Shown here one piece after another: positions 1 to 13,022 of a DNA stretch of 64,000 bases. The position numbers and the translations under genes were made by a program. Source of the stretch: Antedon mediterranea (taxonomy: Eukaryota; Animalia; Echinodermata); the NCBI RefSeq assembly GCF_964355755.1, contig NC_092677.1, positions 25,531,175 to 25,595,174 on the forward strand. Direction: 5' to 3'. Within the stretch, counting starts at the first letter, position 1, and every line of letters begins with the position of its first letter. Below the pieces are notes generated by a model. That model made no database searches. It saw nothing but the letters and a program-made list of their open reading frames with translations, and was not told the DNA's origin.

Positions 1-104
1 CATCGTCGGTTCCCACATGTGATTACTGAATACATCACTTTGCTTTGCGTCGATCCGGCGTTGCGTTACGTTCTAGTTAGAACCACGCTTAACGTTTCAG
101 CGAA

Positions 105-180
105 GGGACGTATCTGCCCAGGGACGTTTCTGCCCAGGGACGTTTCGGTCCAGGGACGTTTCTGTCCAGGGACGTTTTTT
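105..180. repeat. 16-bp tandem repeat (GGGACGTTTCTGCCCA), about 5 units
   Basis: Read directly from the sequence. Confidence 0.85.
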
Positions 181-549
181 GCAGAGGGATATGTAAGCAA
201 AAATAATAATAAAGCAAATAAAAAAGATACCATTATGAAATTGAGCTATTGGTACAAGTACTACTGTATATACTGTACTAGCATCAGTATACAAGCAAGG
301 TAATAAACATGTATTCGTGCAATGGTACAAATAATTTCATCGGAGGTGAAAGTTGTTCTATTTTTACGTCCGAAAATTATTTGAAACTTTCTTCTCCCCA
401 TAAAGAATTCCTTCGTATCCAGCTGCCGCCAAATGACACTCATTAGTCGTCGGTCCATTTGGTTTTAGTCGTCAGAAAGTTGTAGTATAACTTTTCTTCT
501 TTTCAATTTCGAGTTTAAGGTGTTCGGGACTGGTGTTTAAATGACACTA

Positions 550-3500
550 TTAGTCAGTCCATTTTGTTGAAATTTCCATTGTAACTTTTCTTTTTTTCCA
601 TTTCGACTTTGGAGGATTTGGGTCAGGTCTTTCAAATCGTACTATTCCCATTGACTCCTCTATCCGACTGTTCATCAGTTTTGAAGTGTTCATAAAATAG
701 TTGCATCTTGAGTTTGATGCCACGTGCTGTATATTCGTATCGTGTTGATCTTTTCCCTTTTCCACTTCTTGGAAGCAATCTTTGATAAAATTGGACTGTA
801 GCATTTTAAATGTTGCTAAATCATCTTTAAATGAATCGCCATATTCAACAATTCTTTCTTTGAATCTTTTCAGAAAATAATCGTAAAGTTGACTGTCTGC
901 CCAATTCCAATTTCGAATGTGTTGTTTAAGATTGCTGTCGAGTACACTCCGTTTAACTTTTTTTCTTCGATTTATTGGTAAATAAACCAAATCGCGTAAA
1001 TCCCAGCAAAGAACTTTGCTAAGTAAAACTAAAGATTCGTCATAGTATTCATTTATCAGTATCAAATCCATTTCTTTGTCAAGTTTTCTTATTTTCGTGG
1101 TTACAATCCCGGTATTTCTAAAATCTTTCTTATCCAGGCCTAGATCAAAAAACTGGCTGTTGTGAATGTATGGTAATTTGTCGTAAGTGATGCGTGACAT
1201 GTAAAATTTCGTTTTCCTGAAGAACTCTTGCATTTGTCTGAAGTGGGTTCGTCCTGGTACGAACTGACCAAAATAAAAGAAGATAAAGGAGGACTCAAAT
1301 TGTAGAGCTGGCTCTCTTAGAATGGAAATATAGACGGGATCACGTCGCATGAACTCGTTAAAAATGTCCGGCGTGTATCGAACATGTAGCGTCAATATAT
1401 TGTATTTATAATGTTTAAAGTCTCCCACAGCAACTCCTTGAGGTGGTATGAACGATTGATAAGATATTGCGTTAAATCGTTTGTTGCTGCTGTGAAAATT
1501 GGTTTCATATTGTAGCTTGCGAACAAACGATAAAGAGTGTTCATATCCGTAGATGTCAACGAGCCGCGAAAGCGTCGTGCTGCCTGTTTTGTGAGTTTTG
1601 GCAAAAACTATCGTCTGTCTTGGCTTGCATTCCCGCCAACTTTGATAAGAATGAAGAAAGAATAATATGCACTCATTACAGTAATATTAATGTCCTATTA
1701 TTTTTTTCAAACTAGATATTTTATGCAATTGTACTATATTTTGTTTAATAATATGAAAACTGATCCTTATAAACCCTGGTTCCCAATAAGGTAACGCAAA
1801 GACGGAAGCGCAACGCAAATTTGGTCAATCATGACGCGATGATAACAGACCAATGGCAAGTGAAAGTTTGAATAATCCAACGCATGTGATTGGTCACTTT
1901 CGTTTCTTGTGGGAAATTGAACCAAGCTAATTCCTTGCGTTGCATCCATCCAACCGTACCAATGATTTGTAATAAATATAGTAAAATGTTGGGTTTCGTG
2001 AGCTGTGATAAAGTTTAAATAGCTTAATTTATAACGTGTTTACTGTACCTTCTGTGTGGTGGTCCAACCTGCACAACCTTAGATAGATTCCTTGCGGGTG
2101 CACTACATGAAATGAAAATATATTAGGCCTAAAGCTCTGTCTACACTATCAAACTGTGTGATGTGTCCATAATGGACATACACGATGATGTCATATCACT
2201 ACCATATGGACACATCACACTTTTTTGGGAAATGAGTTTGATAGTGTAGACTGAGCTTTAAGCTTGGTTCCCACTAGAACGTAACCCAAGGACGTAAACG
2301 CAACACAAGCGTTTTAACCAATGACAAGCGAAGTTATAGACAGTTAGCAATCACAAGCGAATAAGCCATCGCTTGTGATTGGTCAATTCACCTGCGCTGC
2401 GTCCTTGTGTTGCGTCGCTAGTGGGAACCACGCTTTAGGAAATCAATATGTGAAAGATATTGTCAAGGATTAGAGTAACCGCACACGATCTTACCGTATT
2501 AATTTTTTCCTATACAAAGTATCTGCCAAACTTAATTTCCTGCAGGGAACAAACATACTACATTATGATTTAAAAAATAATTATTGTTGCATCAGTAGTT
2601 TAACATTCAATTTCTACGATTTGTTTTTAATCGGTATTGTTTATTTGTTTTGGTTTCATCTTCCGTTTGTTTGTAAGGAGTCGAATAGTCCAATAGGGTT
2701 GGTGAAATCTGTCCATAATAGGTTACTTTTCTGTCCATAATAGGGGACTTTCTGTCCATAATAGGGACTAGAGGGCGCTGTTGTTTGTCCATAATAGGTA
2801 ACTTTCATAGTTGGCTGTCCAAAATAGGTAACTTTGTGTCCACAATAGGGGATTTTATTGGAGTAGTGCACCATCCATTGGACAGATTTCACCAACCCCG
2901 CTCGAATAGTCTGAGTTCCAGACGGAGTTTTGACTTAATATTAGTTAAAGATAATAACAATTTTGACATTAATGGCGTTTCATAGGTATACTACTTGAGC
3001 TTGTAAAAACTTCATCTGAGGAAACACGTACAATCATAAATGTTAGTTTCACTGACATTTAACGTATTAATCGATTAATCGATCATGAACATATAATATA
3101 GGTCCATTAATCGATAATCGAATAATATGAATAATTTTATCATGGAAAAAATAGACCAATTTACCCGTGTCGTTTTTTCAATGGTTTTGTTGGTTTATCA
3201 GGCGGCTTTTTTCTGTTTGTCTTCACATCCGTCTTCCCATCCGGTTTTACATAGTGATGATGGACAGTAGAGTATACAAAATCAGTATTAGTGAGGTTGG
3301 CTTGGTAGTTAGGACGCTCCACCAACCATCTCAGAATCCCGGGTTTAAATCGATGTCATGATCTTTATGTCAAAACAACTGCATTTCCAAAGGCATGGTA
3401 TTAAGATTATTATATTATTTGTATAAATTATATGTTCCTTGTATAATGGTCAAATGTTAGGCCCTGTCTACACTATCAATCTAGTTTGACAAAAAAGGTG

Positions 3501-6270
3501 TAATGTGCCCAAATGGTTGGTAGTTATATGCCCAAATATGGTAGTGATATGACATCATCAGGCCCGTAGCCAGGGGGGGTTTTTATGGTTCGGGCGAACC
3601 CCCCTTTACAGCCGAACCCCCCTTAACCGACTGCGAACCCCTATCCCCGACATCCACAATACCTCACCACACCCTCATTTCTGAAAATCCTCCAAATACG
3701 TGCCCCACAATACAAAAGGTTGTTTGTAAATTGAAAAATTTGTAAACTCGTTCGTGAATAACTCATACCTTATTGTTAAACAAATGAATTGGTTGCCGAT
3801 TTTCACCTGAAAAATGATACGAATTTTTGGTCCCAGGATGTAACATGATATTGACGCGAGCTTGGGCACAAACGAATCGTACAAAGAACACCGCTAGACA
3901 CCCGCGTACCTATTGTTTCGATCACTGGCAGTCAGCATGCATAAAGTATATAGCCTTAAAAATGGAACGCGGCGGTTACCTACAATATTTATGTGTGGCT
4001 ATGAAGTATAGTGTATCATCATCATAGAGGATTATAGTGAATTTAATATATTACACTATAATATCTATGGTATCATGTATACTGTAGTTTACATTAGGCC
4101 TATGGCATTTGATTATTTTTTTCTAGACCACCAGCCGATACGTAGGCCTACTCAACTGTATTAATACCACCTATTTACATTGATATATTTAGTTTCCTCA
4201 ACAAATTGCTGTAAATAAATATAGATAGAGCTATCAGGGGCGGTCGCAGGACTATTTTAAGAGGGTTGCCCAAAGACTCCAGGGCTGTAGAGTATTTGAG
4301 CAAGCAAATTGTTAAATGACACCCCTAGATGGCCGCAAATAGTATTCTCGCACGTAAATTTATGATAATTTTTTTTCGTTCAATGCAAACGTCGCGGGGA
4401 AGTCTCCGATTAAGGTACTTTTGGTACGGTAATACATTCTAATAACTGTACTCAATTAATGTAAATTAATTATCAATTAATAATTTTAAAAAGTTGTACA
4501 AAAAATATGAAGCAGTTGCTATAAATATATTGAGCAAAAGGTTAAATTGTATAATTTGGAATTTTAATTCATTTAAAAATGCTAAATAAAGTCAGATGTT
4601 AAAACCACATTTTCCAAAAATTCATTTTCATTTATCCACTATAAACTTTACAAAAGTGTTGTTTTAAACCACACTCAAAATAAAACAAAGAAAATAATGA
4701 TAGGAAATTTGCAGAAAGAAGCAAACTTTGCTCTGTTACCGGTATAACACGGTTCAAATTTTGGAACGTCTATAAATTACTACGGAAATTCGGCCTATTT
4801 ACGACGAACGTACGGAAATGAAGATAAATAGGGTACTACACGCATCGGAAATACAACACTATACGCACAATTATGATTTGGCCTAAACATTGGCCTTAGA
4901 TTATGGAAAACCCCCGGCAAAACGCAATAATTATGGACAAATCGATTATTAGCCTTGGCAATATGCTTAATATTTAAAAGGAATGAATATAGGCTATATT
5001 TCGTTTGTCGATGAATTTTTTAAATCATGTGTGAATGATTGATCCATTAGAGGTAATCTGTGATGGTTCTAGTAACACTGCTATGCGTGCGTAATTTGTG
5101 AATAACGTAGTAGTATGCTACATACACGAGCCTAGATAGGGAGGATCTGTACTGTCGTTCATTGCGAGAGGAGGGGGAAGTCCGGTAATGTGTCATGAAA
5201 AATGTAACAAGCCAGAGATGAAATAAAATTACTAACATTTAGCTGATTGTCGTTGTTTTAGTCGTCGTCAGAAGTTTATCGACCGACATCTATTTCTCAT
5301 GTGTAGTAGAGCGTTTCTTTGATTGAATAATTTTTTTTGTATTATAACACAAGTTCATTTTGGATTTTCAGTAAATTACCAATTGTTTATTCAAAGTCAA
5401 ACTGTAACTAATCCCTCACTATTCAATCAAAATGTTATTATACTACTGTATTGTTGAAAAATGGATTGCGTGACTTGAAAATAGATTGATAGTAAAATGT
5501 AATAAAGACACGTCCTTGTCTGGTTATTAGGTATGCATGCTCTGATAAAGCAGAGAATTATTTTTGTAGCGTTCCATTTAAAATAGATTTTATTACAAAG
5601 AAATATTTTGGTTGTGAAGGTCGTTTTAACAATTAGGCTAATATCCAAACAGTCAACAATGATAAAATGCCCTGCAACTCTGTAACTACTTTATGACTAA
5701 GCCTATCAAGTTCCGTGTCCGGATGGTATACGATGAAATGGAACTCAATTTCAATTTAGTGGCAGAAACAACATTTAGTATGAAATTAAGGCTGTTGCCC
5801 GGGCCACCGTGACAAGGGAAACACAGTGACAGTGGGACAGTGACCCAAATACTTAGTGTCCAAACCCCCCCTTGACAGATCCTGGCTACGGCCCTGATCA
5901 TCATGTCCATATATGGGTACATCACATTTTTTTGTCACATAAAATGTGATAGTGTACATAGTTTTAGGTCAAAGGTTAAGTTTAATGTGATGCTGTATCA
6001 AGTAACCAATTAATAAGTAATCAATTAACTATGATACTGGACAGCTTTATATGCACTACCGAGAATCGGTTATTAAATTTAGACTGGGATGCATTTTTAA
6101 GATCATGTTTATCTACACAACGATGTACCAGTAGCTTACTAAGGTTTAGACCAGCTGACATGTCGCCACATTTTTGGTACTATTTTGACAAACGGTGTGT
6201 GTACTTCCAAAGTGTACGAACATATTAACAAGAGGACAGAAATGACCAGTGATGAGAACAACCGTTGCAT
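550..6270 (-). CDS. Galactose-3-O-sulfotransferase-like (GAL3ST family) gene 1, spliced
   Basis: The catalytic exon 1639..550 is one open frame: WRECKPRQTIVFAKTHKTGSTTL (PAPS-binding motif), ILREPALQFES, MDLILINEYYDESLVLLSKVLCW, NWADSQLYDYF. It follows an AG acceptor at 1641-1640. A small phase-2 exon lies at 2102..2049. A candidate first exon 6270..6140 encodes a signal anchor (MQRLFSSLVISVLLLICSY) and ends at GTAAGC. A further candidate exon 2539..2495 is uncertain. The catalytic exon is high confidence; the 5' model is moderate. Confidence 0.85.
2133..2257. mobile_element. Family-A MITE (PIF/Harbinger-Tourist-like), representative copy
   Basis: TIR AGCTCTGTCTACACTATCAAAC with TAA/TTA flanks. 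Other copies at about 3458, 8282, 8782, 12040, 12549, 33368, 36597, 37043, 37925, 39019, 41365, 54123, 54531 and 58076. Confidence 0.85.
2261..2434. mobile_element. Family-B MITE (PIF/Harbinger-like), representative copy
   Basis: TIR AGCTTGGTTCCCACTAG with TTA TSD (2258-2260 and 2435-2437) and a palindromic interior. Copies at about 55-90, 1772-1930, 6393-6730, 44400-44517, 44715-45315, 50757-51223, 51329-51521 and 52753-53265. Confidence 0.85.
3559..5896. mobile_element. hAT-like (hAT5-type) non-autonomous element nested in a family-A MITE
   Basis: TIR CAGG(C/G)CCGTAGCCAGG with a 5-bp duplication ATCAT. The host MITE halves lie at about 3458-3558 and 5897-5965. Confidence 0.75.
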
Positions 6271-7801
6271 TGCCTGAAAGAGAATAATATTGAGAAAATA
6301 ATTAAATACAATACCGTACGCATGCGTGAAATATAAAATGGATATGCATCGTCACCGTCCAGTGCGTAACGGCTATGAGCGCTCACTGGCTAAAGCTTGA
6401 TTCCCACTAGGACGCAACGCAAGGACGTAAGCGCAACGTAAAGCTTGATTCCCACTAGAACGTAACGCAAGGACGTAAACGCAACGCAAGCGTTTTAACC
6501 AATGACAAGCGAAGTTATAGACAGTTAGCAATCACAAGCGAATAAGCCATCGCTTGTGATTGGTCAATTCACTTGCGTTGCGTTACGTCCTTGTGTTGCG
6601 TCGCTAATGGGAACCACGCTTAAGCGAGTTGACCAATCACAAGCGAAAATTCGGATAATCCATCGCTTGTGATTGGTTAAATTGCTTACGTCGTGCTTAC
6701 GTCATTGCATTACGTCCTAGTTGGAACCAAGGTTATACCCAGGAGCCATGGAGCTTATGGGGGCCCTGACCTGAGCAGTACCCAGGAGGGAAAAATAGAC
6801 ATTCAAAATATGTCGAAAAAGGCTAAAATCGCCCGAGACCTCCAGCATTGGAGGGCCACTTCTAGGAGGGGCCTGAGGCCTCAGCGTTACGCACTGTGTC
6901 AGCACCACTTTCTAATCCCACTCTGCATGTTGATAAGCATAGGCTATTTTGCCCAAAGTCAAGAATATAGAAGCCAGTCAAACTTACCCTACGATGCATT
7001 TAGCTGCATTCACTGCCTTAACAGTAACAATGGCCAATGGTTTATTTCTCAAGACACATCTGCTGCTATACATGCATATTATATAAGTAAAGAACGTCAA
7101 TGTATTACTGGATTCAACTCATCCGATACTGCATCTATTTTAAGAATTATTAGACTCATCCTTCCAAGTCGATCGTGTTATTGCAATCAATTCTTATTGA
7201 TTGTAAAACTAAGAGGTTAGATAATTTCTTAACAATGGCAATGACACTTGTGTGTTTTATTGATCTTATAGCAAGGCAACAACCAGCAATTACGAAGACG
7301 AGTTTACTAGGCTTAATTTACTAGAAACTGAATTCGAAATTCCCTTCACAAGACTAACTTGCAGTCAACAGTTTATACACATATATGGACCAAAATTGTG
7401 GAAAGAATTCACTTGTAATGGTGGTAATAAACCGGTTATCTTAAAGAAACAAAATAAATGTATAAAAAAACAGGTTAAAAAATACTTTTTATCACTATAT
7501 GCTGATTAACAACACCTTTGTTTATTTAAGTTCTATATACTTGTTCTTATGTAAAAGGGTCCTACAAAAAAACGAAGCTATAGCCTTTTTATGCAGGATC
7601 CCTGTTCTCAGTTGTACTGTAATTATGATGTACTGTAATTGATGACTAAATAAATGTGGAATAAATGAAATGAAATGAAATGAAATATCGAATGAAAAAA
7701 AGAAGAGAAGTTGTAGTTTGTTATTAATTAATTAATTAATTAATATTGGATGTTAAGTCTCAGTTGTACCGTTGTTCTGTCGGATCGTCCCTTATTATTA
7801 A

Positions 7802-8141
7802 ACATATATTGTCCCCCTAACAAATCTTTTTTAATTTTACATTTTTTTTTTGCAAAATGCCATTTTAATGTCACGTAATAGTTATTCACTTTGACCACAA
7901 ACTGGATGGAAAAAAAATTATTTACCTGAAAAAATGTAATTTAAAGCAAAAACAATGCTTAATATTGTCTTGTCAGACAATGTTTTTTTGTTAAAATTAA
8001 CTGTTTCTTTTGTCTTTTTATATGTGAAATAATAATTTGTTTTTACAGAAGTGAATAACTTTATTAAAACTGCAAAATTGCCTATTTAAAGTCTGTTTTT
8101 ATAAATCTTAATTTTTCATGTTTTTGGGGGACAATACCTCT
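7802..8141. mobile_element. Kolobok-like MITE (family C)
   Basis: TTAA-flanked, with ends ...TATTGTCCCCC / GGGGGACAATACCTCT. Related copies at 9261-9307 (end only), about 39384-39670, about 40790-41050 and about 45950-46015. Confidence 0.7.
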
Positions 8142-8145
8142 TTAA

Positions 8146-9260
8146 ACACCACTGTTTGTTGGGCCGTGCACGTCTTATCAAATCTAGAAGATAAAAGTAT
8201 TACGGTTTTTTTTTAAATATTGTCATTGGTTAATTATCCCAGGGAAGAGTGAGAATAATTGCACTCCTCCCTGATTATCCTAAAGCTCTATTTACACTAT
8301 CAAACTTTGACAAAAAATGTGATGTACCCAAATATGGTAGTGATATGACGTCATCGTGTCCATATGGGCAAATCAATTATTTTGCCACATGAAGTTTGTA
8401 GAGTAGATCATTATTTTCCTCCATGTTAATGGAATGTATGATGGGCGTATCTGTAATTGATTCAATAGGCCTAATTAAATATCATTAAGTAATTAACATT
8501 AATCTTTATTTTCAATCACACGAACACAGTCTTTTACGTTATTGTAGCCTATTCATTACGAGCAACTATTATGACACGCCATGTGTGCAAAAATGTATCA
8601 CCATGACCAATATTCTTACCCAGCATAATCTCCGTTTTGTAAACTCTTGGAGACGGCGGCTTTCCTTGATATACTGAATTAGTAGGTCCAGACAGTGTGC
8701 TGATTGCCGTATACATGCCTAACACTAATGTTGAAATCACAATACCAATCTGTGTTAAAATCAACATTAAATAAACATTGAAAGCTCTGTCTACACTATC
8801 AAACTTTAGTTTGGTCATATCACCACTAAATTTGGGCACATCACACTTTTTTTGTCAAAATAGTTTAATAGTGTAGACAGAGCTTTACATTTCTTCTAAA
8901 TCGGAAGATACCGTATTTCCTATAACACGACGCTTTAGGATTAAGTTCAATTAATAAACGTTTTCAACTTTTATCCATGTCTTTAGCATCATACAATCTG
9001 TGGATATTTTAAACTATATTTTAAATTTGTTCACGGGCATCTTTACAATTTGTATGTAGGCCTATCGGTTTGAGGCAAAAATAAACGAAAAATATAATTG
9101 TGAGGAATTCCGTGATGAGGCTGTTTCGGAATAAATTTGAATACAGCATTCATGCCTGTTGTATTAAGTTGTTCCGGTCTACTACCAGGTAACCACGGAC
9201 AGGTACATACATACAAGCAGCCAAAACCAAGCCTTTGTTGGCCAAAATAAGTCTGTAAAT
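8146..9260 (-). pseudogene. Partial duplicated fragment of sulfotransferase gene 2 (5' exons), disabled
   Basis: Near-identical to 11115-11233 + 12016-12635 + 21832-22247. The transmembrane exon has a 3-bp deletion and a frameshifting deletion (KTEIMLG versus KTEGYYAG). The catalytic exon is truncated after about 40 bp. Confidence 0.85.
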
Positions 9261-10143
9261 GTTTTTATTAATTTTAATTTTTCATGTTTTTGGGGGACAA
9301 TACCTCTTTAAACTACCATTCCCTAATATTACATTATACAAATGACTCGGCCTATAAACAATATTGGTTTTTGGTATTTTTTTGCTGTTCCGCTCGTTAG
9401 GCCTATTTGCTATTGGTAAATAAAGAAAGAATGTAATATCTGTCAGTTCTTGACGTGTTCAAACAATATACTCCTACTTCCTTTGTGAAAATAATGTTAG
9501 TTATAAACATATAAGGATCACGTTCAATGTCGTACATTGACGGCGCCACTCATTGAGTATTCGATATTTTACGGTAAAGGCCTGGGGTTATTATGACATT
9601 TTGCATTGCATTACTGTATTATCAATGTGCATATATATTTTGTCTTTGTAGTATTAATTTACTCTTTTATTAGCAAATTTTAACGAGTATTTATGCATGT
9701 GTTTAACCTTTAATGTTCTAAAAACAGGACCATATGTAACAGGTGCTACATCTAAAAAAAGTTGCAAAAAAAACATCAACAAAAAACTTCTTTAATCGGT
9801 ATATTTTGATTGTATTATCGTTTTTATTAATGTAGAGACTACGGAGGAGGTAGATATATATATGAATATACAATTCCTATAATAATTATATATAAACGTA
9901 ATACCATATGAATATTATAAGTACGAATACCAATCATTCAGAATTAATTAAGTAAGCCTGGCCGATACTTTTTGGGGAGTAACTATAACCTCCCCAGACC
10001 CCTGACCCCCATTGTTAGTCGCTGTGGTATAATGTTGAAAATGACTCTGTCTACACAATGGAGACATGGTGCATATTAACCAAACTACCGGTGACGTGTT
10101 GGTTCCACTGCCTTTTAAAGCACCCGATAGAATAATTATATGT

Positions 10144-12515
10144 CTACTTATAGTTTACAGTTGGCGCCTTCATTAACTGTCTTATTCTCTTATTTGACTC
10201 AGGTGAGGCTTCGGTATAAATTCTGCATTCTTTGCTCATATTTTCTGTTTGGTTGTACAGTATCTGCTTTCCACTGACGTATTGTCCAATAACGCATTTC
10301 TTACGTACATCAGCCATCATGTCACGATAGCGCATAAGATCTACGTGAAAAGACGGTCCATAATCACGTATACGTTCATGCAGTCTTTTAACAAAGTGAT
10401 CATACAGCAATGTATCGGCATGGTTTTTTTCGCGCGCTTTTTGGCGAAGTGCAGACGACAGTGGAGTCTTTTTATAGTCTGCCCGTCTGTTCATCGGAAG
10501 GTATAAAATGTCTTCAAGTTTCCAACAAAGGAGTTTTCTAAGTAGCAGTAACGATTCGTCAAAAAACTCGTTTATGAGAACTAGGTCCATTTCTTCATCA
10601 AGATTGGATATCGTCTCATTAATTGCAGTTTCGTTGTTAAAAAAATTGTTGTCTAAACCAAGATCGAATATTTGATCGTTGTTAACATATACATGTGATG
10701 CGGCTTTGGGGTATTTTTGTGGAGTCAAAAGAAACTGTTCGATTTTTGAAACACTAGATTTTGTGTTTTTCATTAATCTTTCTATGTTAAAAAAAGAAAA
10801 TGCTGATTCCAACTGCGTGGATGGATCTCTCAAAAGTGTTGTATATTTCGCACCATCTTCCATAAATTCTTCTATATATTTACGAGTATAGCGAACATGT
10901 AGGGTCAGCATGTTGTATTTGTAGTTGGAATAATCTCCCTTGGTTACGTTCGGTGGTGGGAGAAACCCATGGACAGATTTGCTATTAAACCGAAGATTAG
11001 CAAAATGAATTGACTTTTTGTCGTTAATTTTTCTAACAAACGTTAGGTTGTGTCTGCAGCCGTATCGTTCGATCGTTCTAGCTAATGTTTGAGAGCCAGT
11101 TTTATGAGTTTTTATAAACACCACCGTTTGTTTGGCCGTGCATGTCTTATCAAATCTAGAAGATAAAAGTATTACGTTTTTTAAAAAACAATATTGTCAT
11201 TGGTTAATTATCCCAGGGAAGAGTGAGAATAATAGACACGTTTCGCGCTCGCAAGGTCACCGTCAGTTTGACCTTTTAGTGGGTATACAATGGTAAACAA
11301 ACACAGCGAGAGGTATGTTAAAGCATGGGAGAACTGAGAGATGATCATCTTAAAAAGCAATCGTCAAAACTAGCCTTTGATGGAATGGCATGGTAAGGAT
11401 GTTATTTATTTTCTAAACTTATGTTTTATATTCACTGTAGAATTGGTTTGGAATCATCGACTTTATTTATGTATTTATTGTCATTTTTGGTTTGACACAT
11501 ATATATTACGGTGCATTTAATACATGTTAACTGTTGATTTTATTTACAAATGTTGCGTAAATATATTAATTATTATCTTTCATTCTTCTTCATGCTCCTA
11601 TTGCATCTTCCATGTATTATGTGATGTTCTTCGGCGCTTAAACAGACACCCAAGCCTCCTAGGCCTATAGTAGACGAAGTACCGCATCAGGCAACGCCAC
11701 CGGGCGGGCGGAGAGACACGAGCACATCGTGGACGTACCTTTCCTTGAAAAATTTCCAAGATTTTGCGCCACTATCCTTCGGAGCCGACGCAAACTACTC
11801 AGCGTCGTGTTTGAAAATTAAAAACAGGAATATTATTCAGTGATTTTGTGTAGTTAAATTCACGATTTATCCAACATTTATGATGCACCTTGCAACAAAA
11901 GCACTCGGCAGTCGCCATTTCGCTATGCTTCAACACGCACTAGGCGAGAGGTGTTCGGTTTGTTTACAAATCTATACCCACTATTTCTGATTGGTCGCGA
12001 GCGCGAAACGTGTCTATTGCACTCCTCCCTGATTATCCTAAAGCTCTATTTACACTATCAAACTTTGACGTGACAAAAAATGTGATGTGCCCAAATATGG
12101 TAGTGATATGAAGTCATCGTGTCCATATGGGCAAATCAATTTATTTTGCCACATGAAGTTTGTAGAGTAGATCATTATTTTCTGTATGATGGGCGTATCT
12201 GTAATTGATTCAATAGGCCTAATTAAATATCATTAAGTAATTAACATTAATCTTTATTTTCAATCACGCGAACACAGTCTTTTACGTTTTATTGTAGCCT
12301 ATTCATTACGAGCATTACGAGCAACTATTATGACACGCCATGTGTGCAAAAATGTATCACCATGACCAATATTCTTACCCAGCATAATAACCCTCCGTTT
12401 TGTAAACTCTTGGAGACGGCGGCTTTCCTTGATATACTGAATTAGTAGGTCCAGACAGTGTGCTGATTGCCGTATACATGCCTATAAACACTAATGTTGA
12501 AATCACAATACCAAT
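10144..12515 (-). CDS. Galactose-3-O-sulfotransferase-like gene 2 (transmembrane exon plus catalytic exon)
   Basis: Catalytic exon 11155..10144 (CTAKQTVVFIKTHKTGSQTL, LLRDPSTQLES, MDLVLINEFFDESLLLLRKLLCW). Transmembrane exon 12515..12379 (IGIVISTLVFIGMYTAI...EGYYAG) splices in frame as GG|A. The probable upstream exon is 21957..21872, and the start codon is unresolved. Confidence 0.9.
11234..12015. mobile_element. TIR element with 2-bp AT TSD (ISL2EU-like)
   Basis: TIR AGACACGTTTCGCGCTCGC. The empty site GAGAATAATTGCAC is visible at 8251-8264. Confidence 0.8.
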
Positions 12516-13022
12516 CTGTGTTAAAATCAACATTAAATAAACATTTAAAGCTCTGTCTACACTATCAAACTTTAGTTTGGGCATATCACCACTATATTTG
12601 GGCACATCACACTTTTTTTTGTCAAAATAGTTTAACACTTTCACCGCCAGGCATTCAATAAAGGAAGTACCCCTCACCGCCAGCCATTTTAGATAAATTT
12701 ACCTGTTTTTCAAAGCTCATAGAGTCATAGCAAAGGTGTTTGTAATCAGAATAACATGCAATATACACTCAAATAATGAGATAGAAATAAACTTTCCAAT
12801 GGTACCAAACACTTTATTGAAATAAAACTATAATACCACATAATTGTACAAATAACTTGGCTCACTTTTAGCACTTTAGGCTCAATCGGAGAACAAAGCA
12901 GAGATAATGAGGTTTTTAGCCTGGCTCTGTCAGTGTCACGTTTCTCAACCTATTCTACAAACTAGCCTAGGCCAGGCTAGCTAAATTATCTCCAATTATT
13001 TATTACATTTTATAAACCAGGT

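Noticed and set aside
1392-1604. Apparent frameshift between ORFs 550-1428 and 1392-1604 in sulfotransferase gene 1
   Set aside because: The main frame stays open up to the splice acceptor at 1640. The 70-aa ORF is an out-of-frame overlap.
3165-3350. Candidate Lys-rich exon of sulfotransferase gene 1
   Set aside because: It has a good donor but no compatible acceptor, and the upstream part resembles a SINE head. Left unannotated.
6693-7220. 175-aa ORF
   Set aside because: It starts in a family-B MITE and crosses a dispersed repeat that is also present at about 50000-50150.
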